In this document: piece by piece, positions 1-11,732 of the stretch
Layout of the letters: each line of letters begins with the position of its first letter
Position numbering within the stretch: the first letter of the stretch is position 1
Assembly: GCA_964016885.1 (NCBI GenBank)
Contig: OZ024746.1
Span: 90,954,001 to 91,018,000, forward strand
DNA: 64,000 nt
Direction: 5' to 3'
DNA from: Eledone cirrhosa
Lineage: Eukaryota
The notes under the pieces: model-generated
Databases searched by the model: none
What the model was told of the DNA's origin: nothing
Seen by the model: only the letters and a program-made list of their open reading frames with translations
Position numbers and translations under genes: made by a program

Positions 1-226
1 AACCAAAATAAGTTATTAGGACAATTGAAACGCGTAAAGCGAGTGAGACAGGAGAACAACAAAGAGTATAGCTAACCGTAGGGGAAAGAAACAAGCTTCA
101 AAATTATTCTGTTTAGCATAAGCTAGGTGAATATATGAGCGCTTTAGAAATATATATATATATAAAGTGTTCCCTGTTTGACCCCAGGGATCTATCGCTC
201 TATTTAGACGTTTTATACTTTATATA

Positions 227-271
<45 letters not shown>

Positions 272-394
272 AATTACAAAATATGAGGAAATAATAGACA
301 AAATATACCTTTTTTTCTTCAATGTCCCGACTGCAGTTTCGCCGATAGACACCACACACACACATATACATATGAATATGTGTGTGTATTTCAT

Positions 395-445
<51 letters not shown>

Positions 446-484
446 TTCAAAATATTAATAAATATAGACATTCACGTAATCAAA

Positions 485-556
485 ATATATTTTATTATAT
501 ATATTTCGGAGGTACTGTGTTGCTTTCTCAGTACGTCCTCATCAGATAAAATATAT
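485..556 (-). ncRNA. Type I hammerhead ribozyme
   Basis: Minus strand: AUAUAUUUUAU-CUGAUGA-GGACGUACUG(loop)CAGUACCUCC-GAAA-UAUAUA-UA^AUAAAAUAUAU; perfect 11-bp stem I, paired stem II, palindromic stem III. Confidence 0.85.
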
Positions 557-631
557 AAATTGATGTCTGACATACCTCAACTGTACTGATGGTTCAATTC
601 CAGTCTTGGCAGTGATTAGTTACAACAAAAC

Positions 632-1132
632 TCAATATTTATATACCATATGTACTAACATGACAAACGGGCATTTAATGCAGTAAATTAGATTTCTGCT
701 TTTGCAGTTCATATTTGCATTTGGGAATATTTTTCCAGTTTTTGTTTTCATATATTGACCGGCGTGTATGGGTTGACATGTGCCACATCGACTATCATTG
801 CATTTAGATACAGTGAATGATTGGTCTTTGTTGTTAAGGTCAAACTTTGCTTTTGTTAGTAATTGCTTCAAATTTTTCTGCTGTCTTTTACTAAGAGTCA
901 AAGATCGATCTGTGATTAAGCCTTTTAATTCATTACTTTGAGCAATGATCGGTAGGTTTGCTTTGGCAGTGTTGAAGATATTCTGGTGACATGGGTTGTG
1001 TGTCATTATAAATGGTATAACCAGTTCTTGGTTTCTTCTTCCTTGGGTTGTCCTAAGTTGTTGTATAGGTATTTTTATAGCCCGCTGTATGCCATTTTCT
1101 ATAAGTAGAGATGGGTATTTTTGTTTGAGCAA
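632..1132 (-). pseudogene. Penelope-like RT C-terminal region, Cys linker and start of GIY-YIG endonuclease (truncated)
   Basis: LKQKYP..LI...I.RA; VIPFIMTHNP; KNLKQLLTKA; KCNDSRCGTC; NCKSRNLIYCIKCP, typical of the PLE linker and GIY-YIG N-terminus; breaks before the YIG motif. Confidence 0.85.
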
Positions 1133-1311
1133 AAATTCTCTTAGTTCTGTTAGGCGTTTGTACCTGGTATTCGTATCTTCTACAATGGTACAAATACGAG
1201 TAACAGGTACAAACGCCTAACAGAACTAAGAGAATTTTTGTTCAAACAAAAATACCTATCTCTACTTATAGAAAATGGCATACAGCGGGCTATAAAAATA
1301 CCTATACAACA

Positions 1312-2172
1312 AGGTATATATGTGTTTTGGTATATATATGTTTTGGCAACTTTTCACGATGTGGCTCAATGGAGAATTAATAAATTAAATAATCAGAGCA
1401 AAATACTATAGAGTAAAGCACGTCCAGAGAATTATTTGATAATATATATACATCATCTCTACTCCCAATCAGCATAATTAACCACACAAAAAAATCAATT
1501 AGACCAGGCTATAAGAATAAAAGGCATCTATGAAGAAACAGTAAATAAATATACCATTGCAGCGTCTTCGCGTCCAACCGCTATAGAATATTTACCCAAC
1601 ATTTCAACAGCACGTGGAAATTAATTAAATATACGGTCAACCACACATAATTAGGTAAAAATTAATGTTAGAAATGCTTATATATACATACCAGGATTAA
1701 ATCACTAAATTCCGACCCTAGGGTTTCGCTCACTTTTGAGATACCTTATTAAGGTTAATACTCGAGTTTTAGAGCTCTTCAGGGGATAAACTCGTTAGTA
1801 ATTTAATCCTGGTATGTATATAAGCATTTCTAACATTCATTTTTACCTAATTATGTATGGTTGACCTATATTTAATTAATTTCCACGTGCTGTTGAAATG
1901 TTGGGTAAATATTCTATAGCGATTGCACGCGAAGACGCCGCAATGGCGTATTTATTTACTGTTTCTTCATAGATGCCTTTTATTCTTATAGCCTGATCTA
2001 ATTGATTTTTTTGTGTGGTTAATTATGCTGATTGGGAGTAGAGATGATGTATATATATTATCAAATAATTCTCTGGACATGCTTTACTCTATAGTATTTC
2101 GCTCTGATTATTTAATTTATTAATTCTTCATTGAGCCACATCGTGAAAAGTTGCCAAAACACATATATACCT
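1312..2172. repeat. ~860-bp fold-back element with long inverted arms
   Basis: Arms ~1312-1708 and 1795-2172 are reverse complements (12 substitutions and 2 small indels over ~370 bp by manual alignment); the spacer holds an HHR. Confidence 0.95.
1709..1787 (-). ncRNA. Type I hammerhead ribozyme at hairpin apex
   Basis: Minus strand: AUCCC-CUGAAGA-GCUC...GAGC-GAAA-CCCUAGGG-UC^GGAAU; GUC triplet, predicted cleavage between 1714 and 1713. Confidence 0.8.
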
Positions 2173-2212
2173 GTGACTTTGTTTAATTGGTGTGTGTGTA
2201 AATATTTATATT

Positions 2213-2712
<500 letters not shown>

Positions 2713-2827
2713 AATTTTTGTGTGCAAAGAATCGAACATTTGGAGTGCTGGTGGGATATAAAGTTCATAGAAAATGTAGTAAACTGAGAGCAAGAAACTG
2801 TGAAATGTTTAGAATCGGGATTGGCTG

Positions 2828-3340
2828 AATAAAGAACCAGCGGTTGTTACAAGGAATCGAACTTCACATCACATACCGGCTCACTTCTCTAACTATCGAT
2901 CACGTCCAACCTAAATAAAGAACCAGCGGTTGTTACAAGGAATCGAACTTCACATCACATACCGGCTCACTTCTCTAACTATCGATCACGTCCAACCTAA
3001 ATAAAGAACCAGCGGTTGTTACAAGGAATCGAACTTCACATCACATACCGGCTCACTTCTCTAACTATCGATCACGTCCAACCTAAATAAAGAACCAGCG
3101 GTTGTTACAAGGAATCGAACTTCACATCACATACCGGCTCACTTCTCTAACTATCGATCACGTCCAACCTAAATAAAGAACCAGCGGTTGTTACAAGGAA
3201 TCGAACTTCACATCACATACCGGCTCACTGCTCTAACTATCGATCACGTCCAACCTAAATAAAGAACCAGCGGTTGTTACAAGGAATCGAACTTCACATC
3301 ACATACCGGCTCACTACTCTAACTATCGATCACGTCCAAC
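2828..3340. repeat. Tandem repeat, 86-bp unit x6
   Basis: Units start at 2828, 2914, 3000, 3086, 3172, 3258; near identical. Confidence 0.95.
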
Positions 3341-3525
3341 ATAATTTTACTGAAAATGTACTGGTCACGTCAAGACTATAATAGAAACCACTTGCCCATT
3401 GGTCCAAGGTGGGATCGAACCCGAAACCACTGCGAGGTGGTGTTCGTAACCATGCCTACACATATACATACACACATACATACATACATACACACATACA
3501 TACATACATACATACATACATACAT

Positions 3526-3565
<40 letters not shown>

Positions 3566-3576
3566 ACATACATACA

Positions 3577-3610
<34 letters not shown>

Positions 3611-3636
3611 CATACATACATACATACATACATACA

Positions 3637-4221
3637 TGGTGGCTGCCAACTCGTTTTCAAGTACGGCCACTACTTTATATCCATGTAGGAGAACCCCTAC
3701 CAATGCGCTGAACGAGTGTGACTTTTTAGTCCAGCCAGCGACTTGAAAACTCTGGTACAAACACTACACCTGTGACAATTATTGACACATAGTGCTGGGC
3801 CCATGGTACCATGTGACGACAAGTGCAGAGAGATCTCCAGATATAAAGCAATGCCTGTGCTGTGAAACTTTTATAGTGAGCAAAGGCACTGCACAAAGCC
3901 AGTCCCACTCTCTTAACCAAGATGATATTTACCAAAAAGAAGAACAATTCAACATCATTGGATACCATCAGGGTTGCAGGTGTTATATCAGAGTTTTCCT
4001 TCTCCTAGAATTCTGCCTTGACAAAGGCTAAGGGGTCATCTCTCCCGGTGATTTTGGATGGCTATTGACTCTTAAGAGCCCCTTTGCCTTTTGACAGGTT
4101 TTGTTTTTAGTCCTCACCAAGAAACCTTGGTGGGGTTGCCAGTTTAGTCGCCAACGACTTGACCATGAGACAGGTTGTATTGGGATACATGTTACCAGTA
4201 GCACCAACTGGTGACCTGACA
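3637..4221 (-). mobile_element. Non-autonomous RTE-related retroelement (~590 bp), copy 1
   Basis: Same termini as 9319-9928; 3' part carries a C2H2 remnant; (TATG)n tail. Confidence 0.65.
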
Positions 4222-4310
4222 TATATACATACATACATACATACACACATACATACTTACATACATACATACTTACATACATACACACATACATACATAC
4301 ATACACACAC

Positions 4311-4346
<36 letters not shown>

Positions 4347-4351
4347 ACATA

Positions 4352-4435
<84 letters not shown>

Positions 4436-4834
4436 TACATACATACATGCATACATACATACATACATACATACATACATACATACATACATACATACAC
4501 AGCCACACTAACGACTTTGAAGAAGTACGAGAGAAATGAAACCAAATTGGCGTTGGTGGGGGGGTGAGGGGGTGAGAGGAGGAGGGGGAGGAAAGGGAAC
4601 TGAGGGGGAGTAACAATAGTACAGATGCATACAAACATGCATGCACATGAAATTACACGTACGGGTGCGTTTCATTGTCAACTCTCTCTCTCTGACTACC
4701 TCTCTCTTTATATATATATAGAGAGAGAGAGGGGTAGTCAGACATAGAGTTGACAATATATATATATAAATATATATATGTATATATATGTTTGTGTGTG
4801 TCTGTGTATATATATATATATATATATGTGTGTG

Positions 4835-4927
<93 letters not shown>

Positions 4928-4928
4928 A

Positions 4929-4979
<51 letters not shown>

Positions 4980-6718
4980 CTATATATAGATATATAGATA
5001 TATATATCTGTATGTGTGTGTGTATATATATATATATATACACACACACATACATATACATATACATATATATATATATATGTGTGTGTGTATATATATG
5101 TACATATGTGTGTGTATATATATATGTATATGTGTATGTGTGCATATAGATATATATATATATATATATATATACATACACACATATATATATATATACA
5201 CACATATATATATATACATACATATTCGCTCCCACAGAAATACATATATACACACATTATATAGAGATGTAGACACTACAACTCTATTACGAATTCAATG
5301 TGTATCTCGTTTATATGCGCGAGCGAATTTATTAATGGCCGTGTGATGACGAAGCAAATTGCCTCGCCAAGAGTTCGTATCCGGCCCTGGGCTGTATAGA
5401 TGTTGTCCCTGGGCAAGACCAGCTAATTGTAGCTTACACCCTCCAGCTTAATGTCGCTCGCCATGTTATCCTCGGGGTAACACGTGCTATGCCGACAGCA
5501 GCAGAATATATTGTCTAGCGGTGTGTGCCTGTGTGTATGTATATGTGTGTATGTGTACCTGTGTGTATGTGTGAATGTATGTGTATGTATATGTGTGTAT
5601 GTGTACCTGTGTGTATGTGTGAATGTATGTGTATGTATATGGGTGTATGTGTGCCTGTGTGTATGAATATGTGTGTATGTGTATGTGTGAATGTATGTGT
5701 ATGTATATGGGTGTATGTGTGCCTGTGTGTATGTATGTGTGTATGTGTACCTGTGTGCATGTGTGAATGTATGTGTATGTATATGGGTGTATGTGTGCCT
5801 GTGTATGTATATGTGTGTGTATGTGTGCCTGTGTGTATGTGTGAATGTATGTGTATGTATATGGGTGTATGTGTGTCTGTGTACGTATATGTGTGTATGT
5901 GTACCTGTGTGTATGTGTGAATGTATGTGTATGTATATGGGTGTATGTGTGTCTGTGTATGTATATGTGTGTGTATGTGTGCCTGTGTCTATGTGTGAAT
6001 GTATGTGTATGTATATGAGTGTATGTGTGTCTGTGTATGTATATGTGTGTGTATGTGTGCCTGTGTGTATGTATATATGTGTATGTGTGAATGTATGTGT
6101 ATGTATATGGGTGTATATGTGTCTATGTATGTATATGGGTGTATGTGTGTCTGTGTGTGTATATGTGTGTATGTGTACCTGTGTGTATGTGTGAATGTAT
6201 GTGTATGTATATGGGTGTATGTGTGTCTGTGTATGTATATGTGTGTGTATGTGTGCCTGTGTGTATGTATATATGTGTATGTGTGAATGTATGTGTATGT
6301 ATATGGGTGTATATGTGTCTATGTATGTATATGGGTGTATGTGTGTCTGTGTATGTACATGTGTGTCTGTGTATGTATATGTGTGTATGTGTGTATGTAT
6401 GTATGTAAATGTGTGTGTGTATGTGTATGTATGTATCTATGCATGTATGTAGGCATGTGTACAAATGTGTATGTAAATATACGCACATATAGATGTATGT
6501 ATATGTGTGTAAGTGTGTATATATATGTGTGTCTGCGTGTATGTATATGTGTGTATGTGTGTATGTATGTATGTAAGTGTGTGTGTATGTATGAATCAAC
6601 GCATGTATGAAGGCATGTGTACAAATATGTATGTATATATATATATACACACACATACAAACACACACACATATAGGTGTGTGTGTTTGTAACTGTGTAT
6701 AAATATATATATATATAT

Positions 6719-6771
<53 letters not shown>

Positions 6772-6773
6772 TT

Positions 6774-6804
<31 letters not shown>

Positions 6805-7555
6805 GTGTGTGTGTATACCTTTCTAATATACGTGCTTATGTACGAATGTGTATGCAAATATATATATTTGATATATATATAATACATTCACACACATACA
6901 TAACATACATTCATACTGACACATACACACGCACACATATACATACATAACTCCATACATACAGGTATACATATATATATACATGCATGCATACATATGT
7001 GTATATGTATGTGTGTGTATACATGTATGCATATATATGTATATATGTATGCATATATATGTGCATATGTATATGCACATATATATATGCATATATATGC
7101 ATACATGTATGCATATATATGCATATATATACTTACACACATACATAGACACATACACGCATACACGAACATACATATACATACATACACACATACATAC
7201 ACGCATAGACACACATATATACGTACATCCATACACACACATACATTCATACATGTATACATACATACACATACATACACACATACACATATACACACAC
7301 ATATACATACATACATACATACACACATATAAACATACATACATACATAAATACATACATACACACATACATACACACATATATCCACTCACACATACAC
7401 ACATACATACACACATACATTCATAACTACATACACACATAGATACATAGATACATACACACATAAATACACACATACACACGTACAAACATACATACAT
7501 ACATACATACATCAATACATACATACACACATACATATATACATACATACATACT
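4222..7555. repeat. Compound (CA)n/(TA)n/(CATA)n microsatellites and TG-rich minisatellites, with a SINE-like remnant near 5340-5500
   Basis: Direct reading. Confidence 0.9.
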
Positions 7556-8956
7556 ACAGTTATATTGAACAGGATGAGAATGTCAGATATGATGGACCCA
7601 TAAATAAGGAGAGAACCAGAACTGAATACCTCAGAAGAGTAAAGAAAATATGATCATCAGAACTTTCAGCATACAACAAATACATTGCCCACAATACTTA
7701 TGCTGTGCCAATTCTAACGCCAACATTTGGCCTGCTGAACTGGTCATTGCGAGAACTAAGTGAGATGGATGTTAGAACTCGCAAACTTCTCAGTGTTACT
7801 GGGAACTTTAACATCAATGGTGATGTGGATAGGCTATACTTCTCACGCAAGGAAGGTGGCCGGGGTCTAAAATCAATATTAACAACATATGAGACCCGGA
7901 TAGTAACACTGAAGCAACACCTTCAACAGAGGAAAAAGGTTGGCAACCATCTTGCCCAGGTTTATGAGCATGAAAAAAAAAATATCATTAGAATAGCGAC
8001 TGATCTGGAGGAGAGATATGGAATAAAGCCTGATATAAATCTCTCACCCAGAGAAATCGGAAGATCCTATTCAATGTTCAAACAAGATTAAAAAATTGAC
8101 CAATTTACAGAAAAAGTTGTGCATGGATACTTGAGACGTAAAACACAGACCATAGAGGGGATAAACCACTCAAAAAGCCTGGCATGGAGTTCCGACAAGT
8201 TTATGACATCACACCTTGAGGGATATCTCTATGCAATACAGGAACAAGAACTCCCTACCAAATATCTGCTGCACAAAAGGGGAGGGCCATCAGCTGACAA
8301 TAAATGTAGGCTATGTAAAACAAAGATCGAGGATGTAAGCCACATTGTTGCCAGCTGCGAAAGAATGTCATCTCGCTACTACCTCCCCATGAGACACGAT
8401 GGGATAGCTAGAACCATCTGGAACGCACTTCGGAAAACAAAATTAACAACAAACGAGGAAGAATATATTGAGACAGATGGCACTAAGGAATACTGGTGGA
8501 ACCTGAAAATAAAAACTGCCACCAAATTAAAGCACAACCGGCCTGATATTGTTGTTTGGGACCACACATTGAAAACGTGTTCTGTTGTGGAGATCAGCTG
8601 CCCACTTGATGTAAACGTTGTCAGAAAAATACAGGAGAAGGAGGACATCTACGGACCATTGATGAGGAGTTTACAAATCCAGTATCCAAGATACACCTTT
8701 AGCTTCATACGAATCATTATTGGAGCTACGGGTTATATACCAACCCGCTTGGACCAAAGTATGACCGAACTTGGATTTGCGGACAAAGAGCGCAGCTCCC
8801 TAATTCATAGTCTACAAATGGCTGCGATAGCTGGCACCTTCAAAATTTGCAAAACATTCTTGCGATTCAAGGGATGACAATTTCTTTTCTTTTACAACCT
8901 TGCCACCAGGAAGGTGGCCGGTCAAAAAAAAATACTCGAAATTAATAGAAAGAGAT
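7556..8956 (+). mobile_element. 5'-truncated R4/Dong-like non-LTR retrotransposon (family A): RT C-terminus, CCHC knuckle, restriction-like endonuclease
   Basis: ORFs 7705-8091 (RLYFSRKEGGRGL) and 8119-8877 (CRLC..HIVASC, RHD, HNRPDIVV..VEISCP); in-frame stops; flanked by (CATA)n. Confidence 0.85.
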
Positions 8957-9010
8957 ATATACATACATACATACACACATACACACATACATACATATAT
9001 ACATAAATAC

Positions 9011-9272
9011 AAACATTCCAAATATTTTGCATCTAATAACTGCATATACACATGTACAGATACAAAGCATATACACATGCACACATACAACTCAAAACAT
9101 ACACATCCACACATACAATAACATCCATATCTACACATACATCCATGCAGACATGCATACATATCTACCTAGTTGATGTTGTGTAAATTCCAATGAGAGA
9201 GTATTGTGTCTATGTTAGAAACCGACTCTCTCTATATTGGCAAAAATTTGTGAAATTATAAAACCAGAAGAA
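9011..9272 (+). mobile_element. 3' end fragment of R4/Dong-like family B
   Basis: Matches 51545-51780 (ORF end plus 3' UTR). Confidence 0.8.
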
Positions 9273-9318
9273 CATACATACATATATACACACATACATA
9301 CATACAAACACACATACA

Positions 9319-9928
9319 TGGTGGTTGCCAACTCGTTTTCGAGTACGGCCACTACTTTATATCCATGTAGGAGAACCCCTACCGATGCGCTGAACGAGTA
9401 TGACTTTTTAGTCCAGCCAGCGACTTGAAAACTCTGGTACAAACACTACACTTGTGACAATTATTGACACATAGTGCTGGGCCCATGGTACCATGTGACG
9501 AAAAATGCAGAGAGATCTCCAGATATAAAGCAATGCCTGTGCCGTGAAGCATTTATAGTGAGCAAAGGCACTGCACAAAGCCAGTCTCACTCTCTTAACC
9601 AAGATGATATTTACCAAAAAGAAGAACAAGTCAACATCATTGGATATCATTAGGGTTACAGGTGTTATATCAGAGTTTTCCTTCTCATAGAATTCTGCCT
9701 TGACAAATGCTAAGGGGTTATCTCTCCCAGTGATTTTGGATGGCCATTGACTCTTAAGAGCTCCTTTGCCCTTTGACAGGTTTTGTTTTTAGTCCTGCAG
9801 GATGTCCAAAGTCACCCTCCTCACCAAGAAACCTTGGTGGGGTTGCCAGTTTAGTCGCCAACGACTCGACCATGAGACAGGTTGTACTGGGATACATGTT
9901 ACCAGTAGCACCAACTGGTGACCTGACA
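9319..9928 (-). mobile_element. Non-autonomous RTE-related retroelement, copy 2
   Basis: Highly similar to 3637-4221 end to end. Confidence 0.65.
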
Positions 9929-10006
9929 TATACATACACACATACATACATACATACATACATACATACATACATACATACATACATACATACATACATA
10001 CATACA

Positions 10007-10312
10007 TGGTGGCTGCCAACTCGTTTTCGAGTACGGCCACTACTTTATATCCATGTAGGAGAACCCCTACCGATGCGCTGAATGAATGTGACTTTTTAGT
10101 CCAGCCAGCGACTTGAAAACTCTGGCACAAACACTACACTTGTGACAATTATCGACACAGTGCTTTGCCCTTGGTACCATGTGACGACAAGTGCAGAGAG
10201 ATCTCCAGATATAAAGCAATGCATGTGCCGTGAAGCTTTTATAGTGAGCAAAGGCACTGCACAAAGCCAGACCCACTCTCTTAACCAAGATAATATTTAC
10301 CAAAAAGAACAA
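10007..10312 (-). mobile_element. Same RTE-related element, 5'-truncated copy 3
   Basis: Encodes CSVCARVFKSLAGLKSHIHSAH (C2H2), like RTE-clade ORF C-termini. Confidence 0.7.
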
Positions 10313-10330
10313 CATACATACATACATACA

Positions 10331-10364
<34 letters not shown>

Positions 10365-10512
10365 CATGTGAGAATCGGTCACTAATTGGAGTTCCAAGTC
10401 TGCAGGAATCTTATTGGAATTTAAGATAAAAACTATATAGAGTATATGGTGAGATGGAATAAAGGGTTTACCTTATTTACTGCTTCCTCAGTCTGTATAC
10501 ACTCACATCAAC

Positions 10513-10600
<88 letters not shown>

Positions 10601-10670
10601 TCACATCACCTGTGTATATATATATATATATATACTCACATGAACCTGTGTGTATATATATATATATATA

Positions 10671-10863
10671 TAGGAACAAGTAAGACCCCGACGGCTGAGC
10701 TCAAGCCGTTTCGACGGCTAATTCTGTACAGAATTAGCCGTCGAAATGGCTTGAGCTCAGCCGTCGGGGTCTTACTTGTTCCTATTACCCACTCTACTAC
10801 CCTAAGTATTGAGTACTTTGGTGCGTTATGGTCCACCTGGTTCCTTACCACATTTCCTTCGTT
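10671..10863 (+). mobile_element. Palindrome-plus-tail element, copy 1
   Basis: Near-perfect palindrome 10671-10784 plus ~80-bp tail, within (TA)n. Confidence 0.9.
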
Positions 10864-11518
10864 ATATATATATATATATATATATACACTCTCATGAACC
10901 TGTGTGTATATATATATATACACTCACATGAACCTGTGTATATATACAGACACTTAAATGACTGTGTGTATATACACTTACATAAATGTGTCTATATATA
11001 GATACACTTACATGGATGTGTATACATGCACTTACAGGAATGTGTGTATATATATATGCACTTACATGAATGTGTGTATATATATATACACATGCACATA
11101 CATGAATGTGTGTATATATATATATATGCACATACATGAATGCGTGTATGTATATATATATGCACATACATGAATGTGTGTATATATATATATGCACATA
11201 CATGAATGTGTGTATATATATATATGCACATACATGAATGTGTGTATATATATACATGCACATACATGAATGTGTGTATATATATATATATGCACATACA
11301 TGAATGTGTATATATATATATATACATGCACATACATGAATGTGTATATATATATATATATATACATACATGCACATACATGAATGTGTATATATATATA
11401 CATGCACATACATGAATGTGTATATATATACATACATGCACATACATGAATGTGTATATATATATACATGCACATACATGAATGTGTATATATATATATA
11501 TACATGCACATACATGAA

Positions 11519-11574
<56 letters not shown>

Positions 11575-11580
11575 TATATA
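10864..11580. repeat. Minisatellite of tgcacatacatgaatgtg-(ta)n units
   Basis: Direct reading. Confidence 0.9.
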
Positions 11581-11704
11581 TACAACAACCCAGGGTTTTA
11601 CACACAAATCAGACATAGCAACAACCCAGGGTTCTACACATCCCAGACATAGCAACAACCCAGGGTTCTACACACAAATCAGACATAGCAACTCCATAGC
11701 AAAT

Positions 11705-11732
11705 CCCGAGCAACGCCGGGGCATTCTGCTAG
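11705..11732 (+). mobile_element. Helitron 3' terminus (hairpin plus CTAG)
   Basis: cccgagcaacgccggg...ctgCTAG-t. Confidence 0.7.

Larger units (their letters stand above)
440..1312 (-). mobile_element. 5'-truncated Penelope-like element (PLE): ORF fragment, 3' pLTR-like segment with hammerhead, 5' fold-back inversion
   Basis: PLE-type ORF at 632-1132, HHR downstream on the same strand (485-556), inverted duplication at the 5' end, ends in (TA)n. Confidence 0.85.

Noticed and set aside
2828-3340. CRISPR-like regular arrays (also 13675, 19930, 61125)
   Set aside because: Pure tandem repeats without unique spacers; no cas genes; eukaryotic context
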